Of a stretch of 64,000 nt of DNA, positions 15,763-23,510 are shown one piece after another; the stretch's first letter is position 1, and each line of letters starts with the position of its first letter. A model generated the notes under the pieces. That model had not been told where the DNA came from, searched no databases, and worked only from the letters and a program-made list of their open reading frames with translations. A program made the translations under genes and the position numbers. Location: positions 2,826-66,825 of the forward strand of contig NZ_JBILQU010000004.1 of NCBI RefSeq assembly GCF_044373035.1, given 5' to 3'. Source of the DNA: Limnohabitans sp. GTDB lineage: Bacteria; Pseudomonadota; Gammaproteobacteria; Burkholderiales; Burkholderiaceae_C.

Positions 15763-16554
15763 ATGGTTACTTCTTTGCCTTTAACCAAATACCATCAGAT
15801 TTATCTGGTGTTGCGTGAACAACTGGACGAGGGGCGCTTCGCACTGGGTCTGCCGAGTGAGTTGGCGTTGACCCAACAGTTTGGCGTAGGTCGTGTGACG
15901 GTGCGCCGCGCTCTTGAACTTCTTGCAGAAGATGGTTTGATTGTGCGCGAGGCTGGGCGAGGCACGAGGCCCGCCACCCGCAAAGAACTGGGGGCCCGCC
16001 AGTCAAATGAGTTGACACTGGGACATCCCTCCACCAAATTGACGGGTCTGCTGAAAAACATCGTGAGTGTGAGTCGGGGCACCACCGTCAAAGTGCTGGA
16101 CTGGCGAGTGATTCAGGCTTCGGACAGTTTGGCCTTGACCTTGCAGGTGGCACCGGGTTCAAAGATACGCAAGGCAGCGCGTCGACGCAGCACGCAGGAG
16201 GGACCTGTATCGCACATCACCACCTATTGTCCGGAATCGATCGTCAAGGGCATAGTTCAGCGTGACTTGATACAAAAGCCCATTTTGCAATTGCTGGAAG
16301 AGTCAGGCATTGAACTGGGTCGTGCGATGCAAACAGTTTCAGCCAGGCAGGCAGATGCTCAAGTGGCGCAGGAGCTCGAGGTGGCTGTGGGTACGGCATT
16401 GTTGTCGGTTCGCCGCTTGGTTTTTGATGCCGCCGATCGCCCTGTCCTCTTGTTGCATGGCTTGTACCGTCCCGATCGCTACGAATACCAAATGGAGTTG
16501 TCGCAAGTGGGTGGCATTGACGCCCGCATTGTGGCCAAGGAAATCCGTGCCTGA
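15763..16554 (+). CDS. GntR-family transcriptional regulator, HutC/UTRA subfamily
   Basis: N-terminal winged HTH ...LPSELALTQQFGVGRVTVRRALELLAEDGLI..., plus a C-terminal part of about 150 aa of UTRA size. It starts 6 nt after the upstream stop and ends 23 nt before the next start. Confidence 0.85.
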   Translation: MVTSLPLTKYHQIYLVLREQLDEGRFALGLPSELALTQQFGVGRVTVRRALELLAEDGLIVREAGRGTRPATRKELGARQSNELTLGHPSTKLTGLLKNIVSVSRGTTVKVLDWRVIQASDSLALTLQVAPGSKIRKAARRRSTQEGPVSHITTYCPESIVKGIVQRDLIQKPILQLLEESGIELGRAMQTVSARQADAQVAQELEVAVGTALLSVRRLVFDAADRPVLLLHGLYRPDRYEYQMELSQVGGIDARIVAKEIRA

Positions 16555-16577
16555 AAACCTCCTATTACCCCAATCAC

Positions 16578-17873
16578 ATGGACAGTGACATGACAACGCA
16601 AACGCCCATCCCCCAAACCTTGGCGCAAAAGTTGATTGCTCAAGCGTCGTGTCGATCTCACGTGGCCGTGGGAGACATCATCAGCTGTAAAGTGGACTTG
16701 GCCATGTTTCACGACTCATCGGGACCCAGGCGGCTGAAACCGATGCTGGAAGAGCTGGGGGCCGAAATTTGGGACAAATCACGGGTGGTTCTTGTCATGG
16801 ACCATTACGTGCCCGAGCAAGATGAGGACTCGCGCCGCATCATACGCATAGCCCGTGAGTGGGCCCTGGATCAGAAGCTGCCGCATGTGTATGACAGCCA
16901 GGGTATTTGCCATGTCGTGTTGCCACAAAAGGGACATTTGCGTCCGGGCATGTTCTGTGTCGGCGGAGATTCACACTCCCCGACCGGCGGAGCATTTGGC
17001 ACTTACATGTTCGGTATTGGGAGCACCGAAATGCTGGGTGTTGTGGTGACAGGTGAGATATGGGTCCGTGTTCCGCAGACGATGCGCATGTGGTGGGATG
17101 GTCGACTGCCCGTGGGTTTGACGGCCAAAGACATGATGCTCCACATGATTGGTCAATTTGGCATGAATGGCGGAGACTATCAAGCGGTTGAATTTTGTGG
17201 TCCAGCGGTGCAGGCCTTGTCCATGCAAGAGCGCATGACGATGTCCAACATGAGCGCTGAAATGGGTGCACAAGTGGGGTTAATAGCACCCGATGAAGTG
17301 ACGCAAGATTGGCTTGTGAAAAACGGCGTGTCAAAAGATGACATCCACCTTGGGCATTGGCGCACCGATGACGAAGCCTATGCCCTGGTCCACCGATTCA
17401 ATGCTGCCGATCTGGCGCCCCAGGTGGCCGCACCCCACAGTCCAGCCAACACCCATGCAGTCAACGAATTCCAAAACGTCGCAGTACAGGTGGCCTACAT
17501 CGGTGCGTGTACGGGGGCCAAGCTCGACGATTTGCGTGCGGCAGCCCAAATTTTCAAAGGCAAGCGGGTTGCTCAGGGTGTGCGGCTGATGGTGGCACCC
17601 GCCAGTTTGGCGGACCAAAGCCAAGCAGAAAATGAAGGGGTGATGTCGGTGTTGCGCGATGCCGGAGCCGAAGTCCTGCCCACAGCCTGTGGGGCTTGCT
17701 CAGGCTATGGTGGCAGTATTCCGGATGGTGCCAATGTGATTGCCACAACGGCTCGGAATTTCAAGGGGCGCATGGGTTCGGCCACGGCGCAGGTTTATCT
17801 TGCTTCGCCCTATACCGTAGCGGCATCCGCTTTGCGCGGTTTCATCAGCGATCCAAGAGAGGCATTGGCATGA
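16578..17873 (+). CDS. Aconitase-family dehydratase large subunit (LeuC / homoaconitase-type, short archaeal-like form)
   Basis: GGDSHSPTGGAFG; Fe-S ligand regions AYIGACTGAK and PTACGACSG; TTARNFKGRMG. 431 aa. Confidence 0.85.
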   Translation: MDSDMTTQTPIPQTLAQKLIAQASCRSHVAVGDIISCKVDLAMFHDSSGPRRLKPMLEELGAEIWDKSRVVLVMDHYVPEQDEDSRRIIRIAREWALDQKLPHVYDSQGICHVVLPQKGHLRPGMFCVGGDSHSPTGGAFGTYMFGIGSTEMLGVVVTGEIWVRVPQTMRMWWDGRLPVGLTAKDMMLHMIGQFGMNGGDYQAVEFCGPAVQALSMQERMTMSNMSAEMGAQVGLIAPDEVTQDWLVKNGVSKDDIHLGHWRTDDEAYALVHRFNAADLAPQVAAPHSPANTHAVNEFQNVAVQVAYIGACTGAKLDDLRAAAQIFKGKRVAQGVRLMVAPASLADQSQAENEGVMSVLRDAGAEVLPTACGACSGYGGSIPDGANVIATTARNFKGRMGSATAQVYLASPYTVAASALRGFISDPREALA

Positions 17874-18361
17874 TCACATCCCACCGAGTCTGGATTTTGG
17901 GTGCGGACATCGACACCGATGCACTGGCACCTGGGGCTTACATGAAGTTGGGGATTGAGGGTATTGCACCCCATTGCCTTGAAGCGGTTCGATCTGAATT
18001 TGCAAGAGAGGCCCTAAGGGGCGATGTGATTGTGGCTGGTCCAAATTTTGGCATTGGTTCTTCGCGTGAGCAGGCTGCTGGCGCACTCGTTCATCTGGGC
18101 ATCAGGGCCGTCATTGCACCTTCTTTCAGTGGACTTTTCTTTCGCAATGCGTTCAATTTGGGGTTGCTTCTTTTGACCTGCCGTGACACATCGGCTTTCA
18201 AGGATTTGCAGTCCCTCGGGCTGGATCTGGAGACCTTGACTCTCACGGCCCCTGATGGATCGCGCATCTCATGCGACCCCATTCCTGATTTTCTTCTGAA
18301 CATGGTCGAGGCCGGAGGCCTCATGAATCAACTTCGTCAGCGCATCAAAAGGCCATCATGA
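17870..18361 (+). CDS. Aconitase-family dehydratase small subunit (LeuD-like)
   Basis: ORF 17696..18361 trimmed to ATG 17870 (ATGA overlap with the large-subunit stop). It carries GPNFGIGSSREQAA, the LeuD-type GxNFGxGSSRE motif. Confidence 0.85.
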   Translation: MITSHRVWILGADIDTDALAPGAYMKLGIEGIAPHCLEAVRSEFAREALRGDVIVAGPNFGIGSSREQAAGALVHLGIRAVIAPSFSGLFFRNAFNLGLLLLTCRDTSAFKDLQSLGLDLETLTLTAPDGSRISCDPIPDFLLNMVEAGGLMNQLRQRIKRPS

Positions 18362-19806
18362 ACATGCAGACCACTGCCCCCAATTCTTCTCCAACCGTGG
18401 TTCGGTCTGCGACCATGCCAGAAGAAACCGCGCATGTTCCCGTGTTGATCGTGGGGTCGGGTGCTTGTGGGCTGACCACAGCCATCCGACTCAGGATGGC
18501 GGGTGTTGAATGCGTCTTGCTGGAGCGTGATGCCGTGCCCAGCGGGTCAACCGCCTTGTCATCAGGTTTTGTTCCGGCGGCACAAACCCGTTTGCAAAAG
18601 TCCTTGGGCATTGAGGACTCCCATGCGGCATTTGCCCAGGATGTGGTGGCCAAATCCCATGGACAGGCAGCACCCCATTTGGTGCAAGCCTACACCCAAG
18701 CGGTGTCTCAGGCCATTGATGCCCTCGAGGAAAAGGGAATCAAATTTGAAGTCCTGGATGGATTTTTGTTTCCAGGTCATCGTGTGCGCAGAATGCATGC
18801 CGTCCCCGAGCACACTGGCCTTGCCCTCATGGCGGCAATGGAGCGGACTGCCAGTCAGGCAGGCGCTGATACATTGACTGAGGCCTTGGTTCGTGAAATC
18901 TGGATGGATGACAACGACAGGGTCTTGGGCGTGGGGTGCATGCGTCCTGATGGTTCGATGGAGCGACTCGCCTGTGATGTTTTGGTGCTGGCTTGCAATG
19001 GGTATGGCGGCAATGCCGCGATGGTCAACGAGATGTTGCCCGCCATGCGCAATGCGGCGTTCGGCGGTCACGTCGGCAACGATGGCAGCGCGATTGCCTG
19101 GGGCAAAGCCATGGGTGCGCGTTTGGCCGACTTGGGTGGTTACCAAGGCCACGGCTCTTGGGTCACGCCGCAAGGCGCGCTCATGACCTGGGCGATCATC
19201 ATGGAGGGTGGGGTTCAGATCAATGGCGAAGGCCGCCGCTTCCATGATGAGACACAAGGCTATTCCGAGGCCGCCGTGAACGTGCTGGATCAGCCTGGAA
19301 ATATCGCCTGGAATGTCTTTGATGGCCCCTTGCTGGACATGGCCCGAAAATTTCCAGATTTTGTCGAAGCAGAAAAAGCAGGGGCTGTTCGCAAGGCCAA
19401 CACCATCCTGGAACTGGCCGCCACAATGGGCTGCAGTGTTGAAACACTGCAAGCGACTTTGGACCAAGTGGGACCTCAGCAAGCCGATGGTTTGGGCAGA
19501 GTATTCAAACGCACATTGCAAGCGCCTTATTACGCTGTCAAGGTCACAGGCGCGCTGTTTCACACACAGGGTGGGCTGGACATTGATGCGACCTGTCGTG
19601 TATTGCGTGAGGACGGACGACCGCTCCCCAATTTGTTGGCTGCCGGTGGCGCGGCACGCGGTGTTTCTGGAAATGAGGTGTGGGGCTATTTGTCGGGCAA
19701 TGGATTGCTCAGCGCCATTGGTGGTGGCTGGATCGCAGCTGGCACGGCGGCCAATCAACTCAACCCCGAATATCAGCCGAATCGATCGAAAGGAACCATT
19801 CGATGA
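18358..19806 (+). CDS. FAD-binding oxidoreductase of the fumarate reductase/succinate dehydrogenase flavoprotein-like (FrdA/KstD/TcuA-like) type
   Basis: VPVLIVGSGACGLTTA (GxGxxG) ...ERDAVPSGSTALSSG..., and C-terminal LLAAGGAARGVSGN. ATGA overlap at 18358-18361. Confidence 0.8.
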   Translation: MNMQTTAPNSSPTVVRSATMPEETAHVPVLIVGSGACGLTTAIRLRMAGVECVLLERDAVPSGSTALSSGFVPAAQTRLQKSLGIEDSHAAFAQDVVAKSHGQAAPHLVQAYTQAVSQAIDALEEKGIKFEVLDGFLFPGHRVRRMHAVPEHTGLALMAAMERTASQAGADTLTEALVREIWMDDNDRVLGVGCMRPDGSMERLACDVLVLACNGYGGNAAMVNEMLPAMRNAAFGGHVGNDGSAIAWGKAMGARLADLGGYQGHGSWVTPQGALMTWAIIMEGGVQINGEGRRFHDETQGYSEAAVNVLDQPGNIAWNVFDGPLLDMARKFPDFVEAEKAGAVRKANTILELAATMGCSVETLQATLDQVGPQQADGLGRVFKRTLQAPYYAVKVTGALFHTQGGLDIDATCRVLREDGRPLPNLLAAGGAARGVSGNEVWGYLSGNGLLSAIGGGWIAAGTAANQLNPEYQPNRSKGTIR

Positions 19807-20699
19807 ACCATAACCTCCACGACAAGCAGGCCTCTTTGGCGAATCGCCTGCAACAACCCGCCGCCTTGCTGGCCCCCGGTGTGTACGACGCACTCACCGC
19901 GCTGGTGGCGCAGCAGGCGGGTTTTGAAGCGCTGTATTTGTCCGGCGCATCGATTGCCTACACGCGCTTGGGCCGATCAGACATCGGCCTGACGACGGCC
20001 ACGGAAGTGGCGCAGACCTTGGCGCACATCACCGACCGGGTGAACATTCCCGTCATCGTGGACGCTGACACCGGATTTGGCAACGCGCTCAACACCCAGC
20101 GCACCGTGCGTGATTTTGAACGCGCCGGGGCCGCGATGATCCAGATCGAAGACCAGACTTTCCCCAAACGCTGCGGTCATTTGGACGGCAAAGGCGTGGT
20201 GCCGGTGGCCGAGATGCAAGGCAAACTGCGCGCCGCACTCGATGCCCGGCACGATAAAAACACCTTGATCCTGGCGCGCACCGATGCGGTCGCCGTGGAA
20301 GGCCTGGACGCCGCGCTGGAGCGGGCCGAGCGCTACTTGGAATGCGGCGTCGATGCCTTGTTCATCGAAGCCCTGCGCTCGGACGAGCAGATGAACCGTG
20401 CTTGCGCACAGTTTGCCAAGCGTGTGCCACTGCTGGCCAACATGGTCGAAGGCGGCAAGACGCCGGTGCAAAGCGCGGCCGAGTTGGGCGAACGGGGCTT
20501 CAAAATCGTGATCTTCCCCGGCGGCACGGCGCGGGCGGTGCTGCATACGCTGCAAGGCTATTACGCCAGCTTGCACATGCACCAGACCACAAGCCCGTGG
20601 CAGGGCCAGATGCTGGACTTTGATGGCCTGAACGCGGTGATTCAAACCCCGCAATTGCTGGCGCTGGGGCAGCGTTATGAAAGCGGTGACAAGGCATGA
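19803..20699 (+). CDS. Isocitrate lyase/PEP mutase superfamily enzyme (2-methylisocitrate lyase / dimethylmalate lyase / carboxy-PEP mutase-like)
   Basis: ORF 19680..20699 trimmed to ATG 19803 (ATGA overlap). Motifs: PGVYDALTALVAQQAGFEALYLSG, DADTGFG, IEDQTFPKRCGH (the family K[KR]CGH motif). Confidence 0.85.
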   Translation: MNHNLHDKQASLANRLQQPAALLAPGVYDALTALVAQQAGFEALYLSGASIAYTRLGRSDIGLTTATEVAQTLAHITDRVNIPVIVDADTGFGNALNTQRTVRDFERAGAAMIQIEDQTFPKRCGHLDGKGVVPVAEMQGKLRAALDARHDKNTLILARTDAVAVEGLDAALERAERYLECGVDALFIEALRSDEQMNRACAQFAKRVPLLANMVEGGKTPVQSAAELGERGFKIVIFPGGTARAVLHTLQGYYASLHMHQTTSPWQGQMLDFDGLNAVIQTPQLLALGQRYESGDKA

Positions 20700-21193
20700 C
20701 GCCAAACATTGTTTTGCGCGGCCTGCAAGTGGGTGACATTGGCTGGGTGGCGCATCGGCAAGGCATGTTGTATGCCCAGGAATACGGCTGGGATGGCACC
20801 TTCGAGGCCTTGGTGGCCGAGATCGCCGCGCAGTTTGTGAAAAAATTTGACCCGGAAAAAGAAAACGCCTGGATCGCCGAGTGTGAGGGCCGAGTGGTGG
20901 GTTCGGCGTTTGTGGTCAAGGTCTCTGACACCGAGGCGAAGCTGCGCTTGCTGTACGTGGAGCCCGAGATGCGCGGCACCGGCCTGGGACGGCGCTTGAC
21001 CCAAGAGTGCATTGCTTTTGCCAAAGCCCGGGGCTATCCCAAATTGACTTTGTGGACCAACGACATCCTGCATGCGGCCAGGCACATTTACCAAAACGCG
21101 GGTTTTGTGTTGTTGTCCGAAGAGCCCCACCAGTCGTTTGGACATGATCTGGTGGGTCAGTACTGGGCGCTGGATTTGGAAAATGAAGACTAA
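20696..21193 (+). CDS. GNAT-family N-acetyltransferase
   Basis: 165 aa. ...LLYVEPEMRGTGLGRRLTQECIAFAK... is the acetyl-CoA-binding motif. ATGA overlap at 20696-20699. It resembles the GNAT half of MarR-GNAT fusion proteins but has no HTH. Confidence 0.85.
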   Translation: MTPNIVLRGLQVGDIGWVAHRQGMLYAQEYGWDGTFEALVAEIAAQFVKKFDPEKENAWIAECEGRVVGSAFVVKVSDTEAKLRLLYVEPEMRGTGLGRRLTQECIAFAKARGYPKLTLWTNDILHAARHIYQNAGFVLLSEEPHQSFGHDLVGQYWALDLENED

Positions 21194-21897
21194 GACGGCC
21201 CAGTCCAGCCCATTTCGAGCCAATGCGCATACCTCGGTTTGAATGACCACGCAGTGTGCAGCACGGGCGTGCCTTTGGGCAAGACGCCTTCGGTCAAGTG
21301 GTCCAGCCAAGGACTGATGGCCCCCATTTGGAGCAACCAGGCCTGTCCTTCAGGGGTTTCCATGGCCAATCCAGCCCCACTGTGGCGGGCCTTCGGAAAG
21401 ACGGTGTCAGGGGTGTGGCATCCTGACATTCGGTCATGGACGCTGCCCCATGCAACGGTCTCGAGTTGGCGCTGCAAATTTTTCAAGCGCTGCTCTACGG
21501 CATCCGGCGATGGGTCTGTGAAACGCAATTGCCCAAGGACGTTGTCAAACCAGAAGAAGGCGGTCGGCAGGGTACGTGTCCATTCATCGAGGTGCGCCAG
21601 GCCATCGCCTGTGTGCAGGTACAGGCGCGTGCCTTCACGCTTCAAAGCCTGACCATGACGCCACCGAAACAATGGTGCCGCCAAGGGGTCGATGTCCCAG
21701 GCATGCACTTCCTTAAATTGAGTCAGCCATTCGGTGGGCAGCATCCAGCCCGCGCTCGGTCCGATCAATACCAGTTGTTGGCGCGGCATGGCTTGCGCCA
21801 GCAGCCATTGTGAAATTTGTGCCGCAGCAGGTGCCCAACGTTTTTGCGAACGCCAGGCACGCCAATGCCACTGCCACCCACCCGTGAGGCTCACGGT
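21190..21897 (-). CDS. Hypothetical Trp-rich protein with weak Rossmann/methyltransferase-like motif spacing
   Basis: ORF 21190..22119 trimmed because its 5' part overlaps the GST gene. GTG 21897 lies 5 nt after the GST stop. LVLIGPSAGW ... VHAWDIDP ... FFWFDNVLGQL is loosely reminiscent of class I MTase motifs I/II/IV. I do not recognise a family. Confidence 0.45.
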   Translation of the reverse strand, partial: TVSLTGGWQWHWRAWRSQKRWAPAAAQISQWLLAQAMPRQQLVLIGPSAGWMLPTEWLTQFKEVHAWDIDPLAAPLFRWRHGQALKREGTRLYLHTGDGLAHLDEWTRTLPTAFFWFDNVLGQLRFTDPSPDAVEQRLKNLQRQLETVAWGSVHDRMSGCHTPDTVFPKARHSGAGLAMETPEGQAWLLQMGAISPWLDHLTEGVLPKGTPVLHTAWSFKPRYAHWLEMGWTGPS

Positions 21898-21902
21898 GGG
21901 CC

Positions 21903-22601
21903 TCAGGCTTTGTTCAGCCGCTCGTTTTGCGGGAACATGAACTTCTTGGCGTCCGCGTCCATTTCGGTCTTGAAGGTGTATTTCGTTTTGAAGGCTTCGG
22001 CGCGCTGGGCCGCCGGGCGGGCGTTGACCAAATCCAGCAGGCGTTTGATGTGGGGGTACTGCGTCCAGGTGGCTTCCCCCGTGCCCAGCACATAAGGCAA
22101 CATGCGGGCCCAGCCCCACAGGGCCATGTCGACGATGCTGTAGTGCTCGCCCAGCATGTAAGTGTTTTGCGCCAGGTGCTTTTCCAGTACGCTCCAGTGG
22201 CGGTGGGCTTCAAAGTCGTAGCGGTTCAGGGCGTATTCTTTGGGCTCGGGTGCGGCATGGCGAAAGTGCACCGACTGGCCTGAAAACGGCCCGATGCCGC
22301 TGGCGATGAACAGCAGCCAGGACAGGGCCGCGCCGCGCTCTTTGGCCTGCGCCATGGCGGGCACAAATTTTTGTTCACGGTCGGCCAGGTACAGCAAGAT
22401 GGCGTTGCTGTCGAACACGGTCACATCACCATCGGTGATGGCAGGCACCTTGGCATTGGGGTTGACGGCCAGGAAGGCGGGCGCAAATTGTTCGCCCTTG
22501 CGCGTGTCCACCGGCACGGCCTCAAAAGGCAGGGCCAGCTCTTCGAGCAGCAGGGTGATTTTCATGGGGTTAGGCGCGGCGTTGAAGAAAAATTTCAGCA
22601 T
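21903..22601 (-). CDS. Glutathione S-transferase family protein
   Basis: ORF 21903..22685 trimmed to ATG 22601. MLKFFFNAAPNPMKITLLLEELALPFEAVPVDTRKGEQFAPAFLAVNPNAKVPAITDG... is a GST N-terminal thioredoxin-like fold, followed by a helical C-domain. Confidence 0.85.
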   Translation of the reverse strand: MLKFFFNAAPNPMKITLLLEELALPFEAVPVDTRKGEQFAPAFLAVNPNAKVPAITDGDVTVFDSNAILLYLADREQKFVPAMAQAKERGAALSWLLFIASGIGPFSGQSVHFRHAAPEPKEYALNRYDFEAHRHWSVLEKHLAQNTYMLGEHYSIVDMALWGWARMLPYVLGTGEATWTQYPHIKRLLDLVNARPAAQRAEAFKTKYTFKTEMDADAKKFMFPQNERLNKA

Positions 22602-22881
22602 GGGAGGGTTCCGTCCATAGGGGTTAAGGGTCAGGGGCGAGGGGCCAAGTGTTCTGGGCCCAAGGGTCCTGGCAGGTGCAAGCAACTGTAAGTGTGGCCC
22701 AGACCCGGGCCCATGATGGCGGTTTGCCAGTCATGTGGGTGACTCAATAGCCTGTGCTTTGTTGTTACGTTGGCAAGTTGCTTGGAGCGTCTGGCCTGTA
22801 CAACGCGACTAAAAAGGCGCTGGTCCTCAAGTGTTGGTGATCCAGCGCTGGTGTACCCCCCAATTTTTGCAGGAACGCTTC

Positions 22882-23472
22882 ATGACCGAACGATTCGCCC
22901 AGATCCGGTACGACGAATTGCCCCCCGAGGTGCGGCCCTTGGCCGATGACATCCTCAAGGTGTCGAGTGCGGCGCTCGGCGGTCCCTACAACGCGCTGTT
23001 GCGCAGCCCCGACATGGCGCGCCGTGCCTTTGATTTTCTGGACTACCTGCGGTTCAAGACCTCGGTCAACAAACGCCTGAACGAGTTGGCCATCCTGATC
23101 CAGGCGCGCATTTCCAACGCGCAATTCGAGTGGTGGGCGCACGAACCCATTGCGCGCAAGGCGGGTTTGTCGGACGCGGTGATGCGCGACTTGCAACAAT
23201 GCCGACGGCCCAGCAGCATGCAAGAGGACGAACGCCTGGTGTACGACTTTTGCATTCAGCTTTCTCTGAACCACCGCGTACCCGAAGCCTTGTGGCAAAA
23301 AGCTGTGACACGCATGGGCGAGCAGGCGGTGGTAGACCTGACAGTCTTGTCGGGCACCTATGTCATGGTGTCCATGCTGCTGAACGCCACGCAAGTGGGC
23401 ATTCCCGGTGGCGGTGCTGAACCCCTTCAGGTGTTGAGCCCTCTGGAAATTCGCCAACGCTTGTTGGCCTGA
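22882..23472 (+). CDS. Carboxymuconolactone decarboxylase (AhpD-like) family protein
   Basis: ORF 22831..23472 trimmed to ATG 22882. ...NELAILIQARISNAQFEWWAHEPIARKAGL... is typical of the CMD family. Confidence 0.75.
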   Translation: MTERFAQIRYDELPPEVRPLADDILKVSSAALGGPYNALLRSPDMARRAFDFLDYLRFKTSVNKRLNELAILIQARISNAQFEWWAHEPIARKAGLSDAVMRDLQQCRRPSSMQEDERLVYDFCIQLSLNHRVPEALWQKAVTRMGEQAVVDLTVLSGTYVMVSMLLNATQVGIPGGGAEPLQVLSPLEIRQRLLA

Positions 23473-23510
23473 TCGGTCACACTGCGGCCTTTATAAAAAA
23501 GGAGACTCCC

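Noticed and set aside
18562-19893. 443-aa minus-strand ORF opposite the FAD oxidoreductase, and similar ORFs at 23427..24791 and 58307..59698
   Set aside because: They are antisense to genes with GxGxxG, Bug or HxxEH signatures. Their own translations have no recognisable motifs and a biased composition.
19700-19900. Apparent GC-content step (about 55-57% before versus about 62-66% after ~19.8 kb), suggesting a mosaic junction inside the plus arm
   Set aside because: It rests on only a few hand-counted 60-nt lines with a large spread (40-75%). The core cox genes are also GC-poor in places. The junction is an ATGA overlap, which argues against a recent fusion. It needs a sliding-window GC and codon-usage computation.
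21898-22119. 5' extension of ORF 21190..22119
   Set aside because: It overlaps the 3' end of the GST gene in another frame. A GTG 5 nt after the GST stop gives a non-overlapping gene.
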